56,147 bases of DNA from Desulfonatronovibrionaceae bacterium (GTDB taxonomy: Bacteria; Desulfobacterota; Desulfovibrionia; Desulfovibrionales; Desulfonatronovibrionaceae). Every line of letters begins with the position of its first letter. The stretch's first letter is position 1. Below, piece by piece: positions 22,209 to 29,558 of this stretch. Under the pieces are notes generated by a model. The model saw only the letters and a program-made list of their open reading frames with translations. It was not told the origin of the DNA and ran no database searches. The stretch spans positions 1-56,147 of the forward strand of contig JBKHGE010000010.1 of assembly GCA_046539845.1 (NCBI GenBank), written 5' to 3'. A program made the translations under genes and the position numbers.

Positions 22209-22238
22209 TTGCAATACAGGGATAGGGCTTTGTAAAGT
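22209..22238 (+). promoter_or_regulatory. Candidate sigma70 promoter of the mgl cluster
   Basis: TTGCAA-18nt-TAAAGT after an A-rich UP-like tract. Confidence 0.4.
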
Positions 22239-22319
22239 GCTTTTTTTGAAGGGCAAGCGTGTGGCATTGTCCGTCAATCAGCGTCTGAGCGCTTCAAAAG
22301 ACTAAAAAGGAGAAAGAAG

Positions 22320-22415
22320 ATGTTTACTGGTTTAATGCTGGCCATGAGTATGATTATTCTGGGAGTGATCATTGCTGTATTTAATATCGAGCACGGTCAT
22401 CGGACCGAGGATTAG
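22320..22415 (+). CDS. 31-aa single-pass membrane peptide, below the ORF track cut-off
   Basis: AAGGAG SD 7 nt before the ATG; translates as MFTGLMLAMSMIILGVIIAVFNIEHGHRTED*. Confidence 0.65.
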   Translation: MFTGLMLAMSMIILGVIIAVFNIEHGHRTED

Positions 22416-22580
22416 CGCACCGGACCGGGCCTGGATCCTTTTGCCGGGCCCATTATCTGCTGATGACTGAGGCTGCCGCCGAGGGGGAAACAGGGCAAGT
22501 TTTTTCGCACCCGCTGGCCGGGACCGGAGGAATGACCGGACTCAGGCTCGCATTTCCACTAGATTACGGAGAGGATTCTT

Positions 22581-22967
22581 ATGAGCATTGTTTTGAGTGA
22601 AGAAATCGCGGACAAGCTGGATGACAGCCTGCACAGACTGATTGAGGAATCCGGAGCTACTTACGCCATGCTCACGGACATGGGCGGCAACCTTTTGTCC
22701 AAGGCCGGAGACGAGGCCTTTGACGGCTCGGCCCTGGCTGTTTTGACCGCCGCCAATTTCGCTGCCACCAAGGAAATCGCCTCCCTTATCGGGGAAAAAG
22801 ACTTTTCTTTACTGTTTCACCGCGGGGAAAACGAGAATGTGCATTTCACCAAAATCACCACGGAGATCATCCTCATAGTCCTGTTCAAGCCCTATCTGTC
22901 GCTCGGACTATTGCGGCTCAAGGTGGACAGCATCAAGGACGAATTAAACGAAATACTCGAAGCATAA
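22581..22967 (+). CDS. mglB: Roadblock/LC7 protein, MglB (GAP)
   Basis: LTDMGGNLL, LAVLTAANFAATKEIASLIGEKDFSLLFHRGENENVH and SLGLLRLKV; adjacent to mglA. Confidence 0.9.
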   Translation: MSIVLSEEIADKLDDSLHRLIEESGATYAMLTDMGGNLLSKAGDEAFDGSALAVLTAANFAATKEIASLIGEKDFSLLFHRGENENVHFTKITTEIILIVLFKPYLSLGLLRLKVDSIKDELNEILEA

Positions 22968-22971
22968 GATT

Positions 22972-23613
22972 ATGGCCATTATAAACTTCAAAGAAAAGAT
23001 CATCCAGATCAAGATAGTCTACTATGGACCGGGGCGGAGCGGAAAGACCACCAATCTGGAATACCTCTACAACAGCCTGAAGAGCAAATTTAAAGACGAT
23101 TTGCCCAGCAAACTGATAACCATTGACACCCAGGGGGACCGAACCCTGTTTTTTGATTTTTTTCCCATTGAGCTGGGCAAAATAAACGGCCTGGATCTGA
23201 AACTGCAGCTGTACACCACTCCGGGACAGGTCATGTATGAATCCACCCGCCGGCTGGTGCTCAAGGGAGTGGACGGGGTCGTATTCGTGGCCGATTCCCT
23301 GGCCTCAAGGGAAGAGGCCAACCTGGACTCGTTTCAGAACCTAAAAGACAACCTGGCCCATCACAAACTGACCCTGGAGGATATCAAACTGGTCTTCCAA
23401 TGGAACAAGCGGGACCTGGAGAAAAACGGCATCCCCCTTTTGGATGTCGAAACCATGGACAAGCAGCTCAACTCCGAGCTTCAGACCAAGGCGTTTCCCA
23501 GTAGCGCCACAGAAGGGACCAATGTCTTCAAGACCCTGAACGTGGCCGCCAAGATGACCGTGGAATCGGTAATAGAAAAACTTCTGGACCGGAAGCAGAA
23601 TCTCCCCAATTAA
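22972..23613 (+). CDS. mglA: MglA-family small Ras-like GTPase
   Basis: KIVYYGPGRSGKTTNL, DRTLFFDF, LYTTPGQV, LVLKGVDGVVFVADS and NKRD. Confidence 0.95.
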   Translation: MAIINFKEKIIQIKIVYYGPGRSGKTTNLEYLYNSLKSKFKDDLPSKLITIDTQGDRTLFFDFFPIELGKINGLDLKLQLYTTPGQVMYESTRRLVLKGVDGVVFVADSLASREEANLDSFQNLKDNLAHHKLTLEDIKLVFQWNKRDLEKNGIPLLDVETMDKQLNSELQTKAFPSSATEGTNVFKTLNVAAKMTVESVIEKLLDRKQNLPN

Positions 23614-23625
23614 GAAGGTCAGGAT

Positions 23626-24468
23626 ATGAACTACAACCGAGTGAACAAGGCCGTTTACCCCCTGCTGGACGACAGGCGCGAGTATCTGCAGGACGCCGGT
23701 CAGGCCTTAAAAGAAAGCGCGCCCAAGACCTTTACGGACGAAAAGATCCTTTTGGTCTTGAAAAACATCCTGAAAAATATCGAGATCGGGGAACACCTGA
23801 AGGAAGTCGCCCGGGGTATTGCCGACAACCATGAATATTTCTCCAGCCCGCACGTCACTGATGAGGAAAAGGAAAAGACCCTCAAAAAGATCCTGGAGCA
23901 GAACAAATATGTAAAAAACTCCCGGCTGTTTAATATAAGCATCATCCAGACTTACATAGAAACCATCCTCAACGATAAACTGCACGAGATAAATATCAAG
24001 GTCGAAGAAAACCAAAGATTTTTGCACCGCATGCTGTATTCCTCCGGAGGCCCCGCCGCAGGGACGGAAGTAGACGCGGAAGACTCACAGTTTATGTTCG
24101 TGGAAATCGGAGACGAACAATATGCCCTGCCCTACAGATACAGTTCCGAGGTCCTCAAAACCGGGAAAAAGGCGACCCGTTTGGTAGCCGTCCCGGAAGT
24201 GGCCTATAAAAAGGTCCTTGGCCCGTTTAAAAAGAATCTGTTCAAGAAGATAAATTCGCAAACCATAAGGAAAAACATCCAGCTGAAAAACCTAAATCCC
24301 ACTCTGGCCCTGGCCAGCCAACCTGCTTTCGCCATAGTCCTGGTCCGGGAGGGTAATTACTACATATTGTTTGCGGACAACATCCTCAATCTCGAACCGG
24401 TGGAGGCCCAAAATCTCGGCGATTACGTGGAAACCCTGGACGGGGTCTATCCCAAGGTAGGGCTGTAA
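23626..24468 (+). CDS. Hypothetical protein: helical N-terminus, divergent CheW-like C-terminus
   Basis: Long operon-coupled ORF. QFMFVEIGDEQYALP and YYILFADNILNL resemble CheW strands (by eye). Confidence 0.6.
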   Translation: MNYNRVNKAVYPLLDDRREYLQDAGQALKESAPKTFTDEKILLVLKNILKNIEIGEHLKEVARGIADNHEYFSSPHVTDEEKEKTLKKILEQNKYVKNSRLFNISIIQTYIETILNDKLHEINIKVEENQRFLHRMLYSSGGPAAGTEVDAEDSQFMFVEIGDEQYALPYRYSSEVLKTGKKATRLVAVPEVAYKKVLGPFKKNLFKKINSQTIRKNIQLKNLNPTLALASQPAFAIVLVREGNYYILFADNILNLEPVEAQNLGDYVETLDGVYPKVGL

Positions 24469-24471
24469 ACA

Positions 24472-25065
24472 ATGCTAAGCGGCAATCTGTCTTCTTTCTC
24501 TCTGATAAGCCTGCTTCAGATCTGCAACAATGAAAACAAGGACGGGGCCATTATCTTCGCTTCGCCGGATGAAGGCGAGGAATGCGGGAGCATCTACTTC
24601 ACCGGGGGTACCCCGGAGTATGCCCGCTTTTTTGACCGCCAGGGCATTGAGGCAGTCAAACAGCTCCACTTGGCCAGCCGGCATGACTTTCATTTTGATC
24701 CCGGACGAAAGAACCCGGGGGAAAATATAGATAAGGACCTCAATTTCATCCTTTTGGAGTGCTCCCGGCACAAGGATGAAATTGAATCCTACATGCAGAA
24801 ACTCAAGCCGGTCATGCAAAAGAGATTCGGAGCGGACGCGGTGACCCTGTTCACCTATGAAAACAAATGCATCAGACTATTTGCCGAGCTGGGTCAGATA
24901 GTGGACTTCAAGGAAATCGAATTCTATGAATTTTTAAACGATAATAGGCACGTGTTTATCTTTTTCGATCAAAACATAACCGCCCATATACAGGTCGAGG
25001 CCGGGACCCAGCTGTACACCGATGAAATCGTGAACTTCTTGCGGGAAAAGGGAATGCTGTCATGA
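24472..25065 (+). CDS. DUF4388/PATAN domain protein
   Basis: MLSGNLSSFSLISLLQIC..KDG..GSIYFTGG..A..GIEAV..F.F is the typical DUF4388 pattern. Confidence 0.8.
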   Translation: MLSGNLSSFSLISLLQICNNENKDGAIIFASPDEGEECGSIYFTGGTPEYARFFDRQGIEAVKQLHLASRHDFHFDPGRKNPGENIDKDLNFILLECSRHKDEIESYMQKLKPVMQKRFGADAVTLFTYENKCIRLFAELGQIVDFKEIEFYEFLNDNRHVFIFFDQNITAHIQVEAGTQLYTDEIVNFLREKGMLS

Positions 25066-25970
25066 TACCCAAATTCAATATCTATCACACCAATTTGCAC
25101 GGCAGTTTTATTAAGTTCGACAAATACGTCCAGTTTTTGAAGGATGATTATTTCAATGGATATATCTTCTTAGACGATCACAAAAACAAGCTTTACCTTT
25201 TTTTGCTGGAGGGCGAGATTCAGAACTGCCTGCGACAGACCAACGCACATTTCGAGAAGCTCAATTTCATGCAGGCTATGGATACCGTCAAAGACCAGAG
25301 CTCTATCTCCACATACAGGTGCAGCGCGGAACAGGTGGATTTCTTCTCCAAACTGCATACTATGAAGGCTTTGCATCAGGACCTGAGTTCGGACATAGTC
25401 AACCCGGACAAGCTGATAAAAAAATGCAAGGCGGAAAAATTCAACGGCATCGTGGAAATAAACTCCGGACAGGACAGGTTCTACCTGTACTTTCTCCAGG
25501 GTGTACTGCTGGGCAGTATGTCCCAGGCAAAAGACAATTTCTTTGATCAGGATACCAAAGAGAACACCCTTTTGCAGCAAATCGCTGGACAGAGCACCAT
25601 AAACATCTTTAAAATTTCCCTGCAGGACCAGGACAGCCCGGACAACCGCGCCAGGATGATCGAGTGCTTTGAGAAGATATTCAACGCCCTGGAGAAAAAA
25701 GCAAAAGGCCAGGACTTCAATCAATGCTGGCGGGAATGCGCCCTGGAGCTGGGAGAGAGATATACCTTCCTGGACCCGTTTGCCGAGGAATTCAATTACC
25801 TAAACGGACAACTGGACGTCTGGGAAAAGATCAATTCCAAAACCCTGGCCCGCGGCCTGGATGAGCTGGTGCACAAGATCTCTTCCCGACTCAAGTGCCC
25901 GGCGGAGACCATAACCGATATCAAGCGGGAATACTCCAAGGAGCTGGCTGACTATGAAATCGGAACTTGA
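25062..25970 (+). CDS. Hypothetical protein with two tandem PATAN-like repeats
   Basis: Internal repeat: YHTNL..FDKYV..FNGYIFL..LYLFLLEG versus LHQDL..PDKLI..FNGIVEI..FYLYFLQG. ATGA overlap with the previous gene. Confidence 0.65.
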   Translation: MIPKFNIYHTNLHGSFIKFDKYVQFLKDDYFNGYIFLDDHKNKLYLFLLEGEIQNCLRQTNAHFEKLNFMQAMDTVKDQSSISTYRCSAEQVDFFSKLHTMKALHQDLSSDIVNPDKLIKKCKAEKFNGIVEINSGQDRFYLYFLQGVLLGSMSQAKDNFFDQDTKENTLLQQIAGQSTINIFKISLQDQDSPDNRARMIECFEKIFNALEKKAKGQDFNQCWRECALELGERYTFLDPFAEEFNYLNGQLDVWEKINSKTLARGLDELVHKISSRLKCPAETITDIKREYSKELADYEIGT

Positions 25971-26319
25971 AAAGGCCTGTAGCGCCTTTGTCCAGGAGAA
26001 CGATTACATCCGCTTTTTGGTGGCCATGCAAGGCAAGCAGATGGGGGTGTTCCCCCCTTCAGCCGTGGGCATGGAAGACCAGAAGCGGTTAAACGGCATT
26101 GTCCGCGGACTATCCGGGGACTGCTCCGACTACAGCCATGTGCTCTTGTCCGGGGACAAACTGATATACACCTGTTTTAAAAACGGTTTCACCTTTGTCT
26201 GCGTCTGCGACTCCAATGTAAGCATTTCCCGGGTCAGGATGGAGATGAATATCTTTACGGAAAAGCATTGCCAGCAGTCCGGATATCTGCAAAAAATAAC
26301 TTCAATCTTCAATACTTGA
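25954..26319 (+). CDS. Divergent roadblock-like protein
   Basis: 121 aa. C-terminal FVCVCDSNVSISRVRMEM parallels the roadblock strand-helix end (MglB LIVLFKPYLSLGLLRLKV). Confidence 0.5.
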   Translation: MKSELEKACSAFVQENDYIRFLVAMQGKQMGVFPPSAVGMEDQKRLNGIVRGLSGDCSDYSHVLLSGDKLIYTCFKNGFTFVCVCDSNVSISRVRMEMNIFTEKHCQQSGYLQKITSIFNT

Positions 26320-26333
26320 TCAGGGAGGGGACA

Positions 26334-26780
26334 ATGGCCAAGCGCAGGATCGAACTGGTCCCGGTCAAGAAACAAGTTACCTTTAACGCCTCCGAATGGT
26401 TGGTTATTGTCATGTATACACGGTATCAGGACCTGGAAAAGTTGCAGGAAAAACTGCGCCTGGACGACAGCTCCCTGAACGCCATACTGGAGAGCCTGGA
26501 GAAAAAGCAGGTGCTCAAAGTAACCGGAGAGAGTGGCGAGCCCCAGTCCGGGGTCCCGTCCGCATTCTGGGCCCAGATGGAAAAGGAACTCTCCCGCTAT
26601 ATCGGGCCCATAGCCACCGCGGTTATTGACGACGAACTCGGGGCGGTGAACAAGACCCGGGAGAGCATAACCAAGGACGGCTTGTACAGTCTGGTGGAAA
26701 AAGTAGCGACCGAAATCGACTCCCAGTCCAACCGAGTCAACTTTCAAAATACTATGCTGGAAATGATCAAAAGCATGTAA
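26334..26780 (+). CDS. Hypothetical protein: winged-helix-like N-terminus plus helical 'IGPIA' domain
   Basis: GGAGGG SD before ATG 26334; LNAILESLEKKQVLKV (wHTH-like) and ELSRYIGPIATAVIDD. Confidence 0.65.
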   Translation: MAKRRIELVPVKKQVTFNASEWLVIVMYTRYQDLEKLQEKLRLDDSSLNAILESLEKKQVLKVTGESGEPQSGVPSAFWAQMEKELSRYIGPIATAVIDDELGAVNKTRESITKDGLYSLVEKVATEIDSQSNRVNFQNTMLEMIKSM

Positions 26781-26795
26781 ATCTGGAGGCCTGTC

Positions 26796-27632
26796 ATGAA
26801 AATCAGAACCAAAATCGTCCTTATATTCCTTGTTATCTCCATCCTCCCCCTGATTTTGGCGGGCGGCGCGGGTTTCTACCACATAAACGAGGTCAGCGAC
26901 TCGGCCATCAGCATAACCACCAAGAGTCTGCGGCAACAGTCCGAGCTCACGGTCAATCAGATAACCAAAAAGATCGCCAACTTTATTGATTTGTATGTGA
27001 GCAGATTTGTTGAGGATGAAAACTATTCCGCCCTGCAGTTCGACCCCGACTTCTCCTCCCTGGCCATCCAGACCATAGGCGAATCCGGATATTCCTTTGT
27101 CCTCAAGTCCGAGGGGGAGGAGGATTTAAAGATATTTATGCACCCCAACCCGCGGATGTTGAACAAGGAGCTCAAGGCCCTGGAGATCAAGAAACTGCCC
27201 AGCGCCGCATCTAGGGTGATGAAGACCGGGGACGACTTCCAGGGCTATCTGGGGAATCAGTACTGCTTTGTCCACCAAGTGCACGGCCAGCCGTTTTATG
27301 TGGTCTCGCTCATCTCGGACGAGGACATCAACGAATCGGTAAACCAGCTGGAGCAGAGGTTCGCGACCGTCAAAAAAGACTTTATATGGCAGTATAACAT
27401 CGGGGGGTTTGCCACCGGCGCGATTGTCCTGTTGCTGGCCATTTTGTTCGCTATCCGTCTGGTCCGGCCGATCACCCAGCTGACTAATGTTGCGGAGAAG
27501 ATCAGTCTCGGGGACCTGAAGACGTCCATTGACATCAGTTCCAGCGACGAAATCGGGGAACTCGCCGACGCCCTGCGCCGGATGCAATCCAGCCTGCTCA
27601 AGGCCGTGCAGAGGCTGCAACGCAGAAAATAA
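26796..27632 (+). CDS. Membrane sensor: TM - Cache-like - TM - HAMP, with no cytoplasmic output domain
   Basis: Two TM segments; IGESGYSFVL..FMHPN (Cache-like); RPITQLTNVAEKISLGDL..DEIGELADALRRM (HAMP), ending 14 aa later. Confidence 0.88.
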   Translation: MKIRTKIVLIFLVISILPLILAGGAGFYHINEVSDSAISITTKSLRQQSELTVNQITKKIANFIDLYVSRFVEDENYSALQFDPDFSSLAIQTIGESGYSFVLKSEGEEDLKIFMHPNPRMLNKELKALEIKKLPSAASRVMKTGDDFQGYLGNQYCFVHQVHGQPFYVVSLISDEDINESVNQLEQRFATVKKDFIWQYNIGGFATGAIVLLLAILFAIRLVRPITQLTNVAEKISLGDLKTSIDISSSDEIGELADALRRMQSSLLKAVQRLQRRK

Positions 27633-27645
27633 AAGGAAAGTATCT

Positions 27646-28134
27646 ATGTCCAGAAAAACCATCCTTTTTCTGATCTGTCTGACCTTAGCCGCGGCACCCG
27701 TGTTGGCCACTGAGATATTGTACTTTACAGACCCCGGGTTCGAGGACCTGGGCGGGAAACAGGAGGCAAACACCCTTTTTTCCCACGACCTGCACGCCGA
27801 GACTTACAAGGTCAAATGCAAGTCCTGCCATCACGTCTATGAAGACGGGGAAAACGTCTGGGAAGAAGGCGACCCGGTCCAGCTGTGTTCGGACTGCCAT
27901 GGGGAGAGCAAGGCCGAACTGGTAAACGCCTATCATATGAACTGCTGGGGCTGTCACAAGCGCATAACCCAAGCCTACCCGGAATCGGATACCCCGACCA
28001 CCAAATGCCAGAAATGCCATGTGCCTGAGGACCAGCTAGAGGCCGAAAAAGAGCGCATCCAGGAAAAGACGGAGAAACAGGACAGCAAGTTGATGCGGGT
28101 CATAGAGGATCTCAAGGCAGAAGGTTTTTATTAG
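27646..28134 (+). CDS. Tetraheme class III cytochrome c3 with C-terminal helical tail
   Basis: Signal peptide; FSHDLH, CKSCHH, CSDCH, AYHMNCWGCH and CQKCH give 4 heme motifs and 4 distal His. Confidence 0.93.
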   Translation: MSRKTILFLICLTLAAAPVLATEILYFTDPGFEDLGGKQEANTLFSHDLHAETYKVKCKSCHHVYEDGENVWEEGDPVQLCSDCHGESKAELVNAYHMNCWGCHKRITQAYPESDTPTTKCQKCHVPEDQLEAEKERIQEKTEKQDSKLMRVIEDLKAEGFY

Positions 28135-28241
28135 GCCGCGGCCAGTACCGCTAGGGCCTTGGACCGATTTTTAGGCGGACAAAGTGCGTGAATTCACGGA
28201 GACAAAAAACGTTTCTAATCATATCATAAGCGAGAAAAGGC

Positions 28242-29552
28242 ATGGCAGCAGGCACAGTAAATGTAGACAAGCTAAAAAGCGATGCGTTCAGCGCCATAGA
28301 CGCGCTGTTTTCCGATGAGCAGAGTTCCCCGGATCCGCAGGAGGAAAATGAATCCCCTTCCTTTGCCCGGCTCGAGGAGTACATACTCGCTCTGGATTGG
28401 GAATGCACGGACAAGGACATCCGGGAACTCCTGGAACTCGTGAACGGTCTCCAGTCCTCAACCGAGGACAAAAACACGCTCACCCTGCTCAAGATACTGA
28501 AAAATACCCTCACCTACCTGTCCCGGGCCGGCTCCAACGCCCACCCCGAAACCCTGAGGACGGCCGCAGAAGTGGTCTCCGGACTGAACCGGGTATATAA
28601 TAAAGATGACCCCCGGGCCGCGGCCCAAGAGACAAGGAGACTCTACAACCAGTTCAAGGAGCTGAAACAGAAGATCTCCGAATACAACCAGAAACTGCGC
28701 ACTAGCAGCACACCGTCGTTTACTCCGGAAAAGGAAGCCGCTGGAAAAGTGCAGGCAACAAAACCGGAGGTGGAGGAAAAGGTCCCACCCCGGCCGGCTG
28801 AAGAGACACGTCCGCCGGCCCCGGAAGTGACAGACAGCGAGCTCAAAGGGGAGCTGAAGCTGATCAGAAAAGAACTGGAGCATTTACAAAAAAGACAGAG
28901 CCGCCTGGAGGACCTGGTGCACAGGATGTTTTCCGGGGAATCGGCCTCGGCGGGCTCGGCCTCGGAAGACTCCCGGCCTGCTGAGGAAGAAAATGAGGAG
29001 AGCTTTGATTTTCTCTCCGCGGATATAGATCTGGGCACCAGAGAAGAGGCCGAGGAGGAAGAAGTGGTCCCGGAAAATGCTGCAGAGGAAGAACACAAAG
29101 AAGGAGACTCCCTGGAAAGCGTGGCCTATGTCCAGGTCTTTACGCTGGGATCGGATCTCATCGCCATGCCCAGCGAATACATAAACAACACCTTCAAGCT
29201 CTCCGGGAAACTGAAGAAAAAAGTCCATTCCCAATCCTCAATCCCGCTCAAGGAGCTGGCCTCGCTGTTCCGGAAACTGTCCTCCAATATGAAGGGCTCG
29301 CTGCGGGGCACTCCGGAACGGAAACTTAGAAAAATAAACGCTTCCGTGCAACACATCGACCCGGGGTTAAAGGATCCGAAAAATGCGGTATTGTGTACCT
29401 GCCCCGGGGGGCCGGTCCTGTTCCCGGTGACCGCCCCCCACTCCGGGAATTTGTTCCTGGTCACCGAAATGCAGCGCGAGCCAAACAACTACTCCGAATA
29501 TGCGGTACAAATCGAATCACTGGGCACCGTCCCGGTATATATACCCTGCTAA
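28242..29552 (+). CDS. Hypothetical protein: helical 'LDWE' N-domain, acidic linker, divergent CheW-like C-domain
   Basis: LEEYILALDWECTD, a Pro/Glu-rich linker and coiled coil, then YVQVFTLGSDLIAMP. Confidence 0.65.
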   Translation: MAAGTVNVDKLKSDAFSAIDALFSDEQSSPDPQEENESPSFARLEEYILALDWECTDKDIRELLELVNGLQSSTEDKNTLTLLKILKNTLTYLSRAGSNAHPETLRTAAEVVSGLNRVYNKDDPRAAAQETRRLYNQFKELKQKISEYNQKLRTSSTPSFTPEKEAAGKVQATKPEVEEKVPPRPAEETRPPAPEVTDSELKGELKLIRKELEHLQKRQSRLEDLVHRMFSGESASAGSASEDSRPAEEENEESFDFLSADIDLGTREEAEEEEVVPENAAEEEHKEGDSLESVAYVQVFTLGSDLIAMPSEYINNTFKLSGKLKKKVHSQSSIPLKELASLFRKLSSNMKGSLRGTPERKLRKINASVQHIDPGLKDPKNAVLCTCPGGPVLFPVTAPHSGNLFLVTEMQREPNNYSEYAVQIESLGTVPVYIPC

Positions 29553-29558
29553 GATATT

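Noticed and set aside
27529..27645. Cys-rich N-terminal extension of the cytochrome (CAGC, CRGC)
   Set aside because: Overlaps the HAMP gene in another frame and has no CxxCH; the signal peptide begins at ATG 27646.
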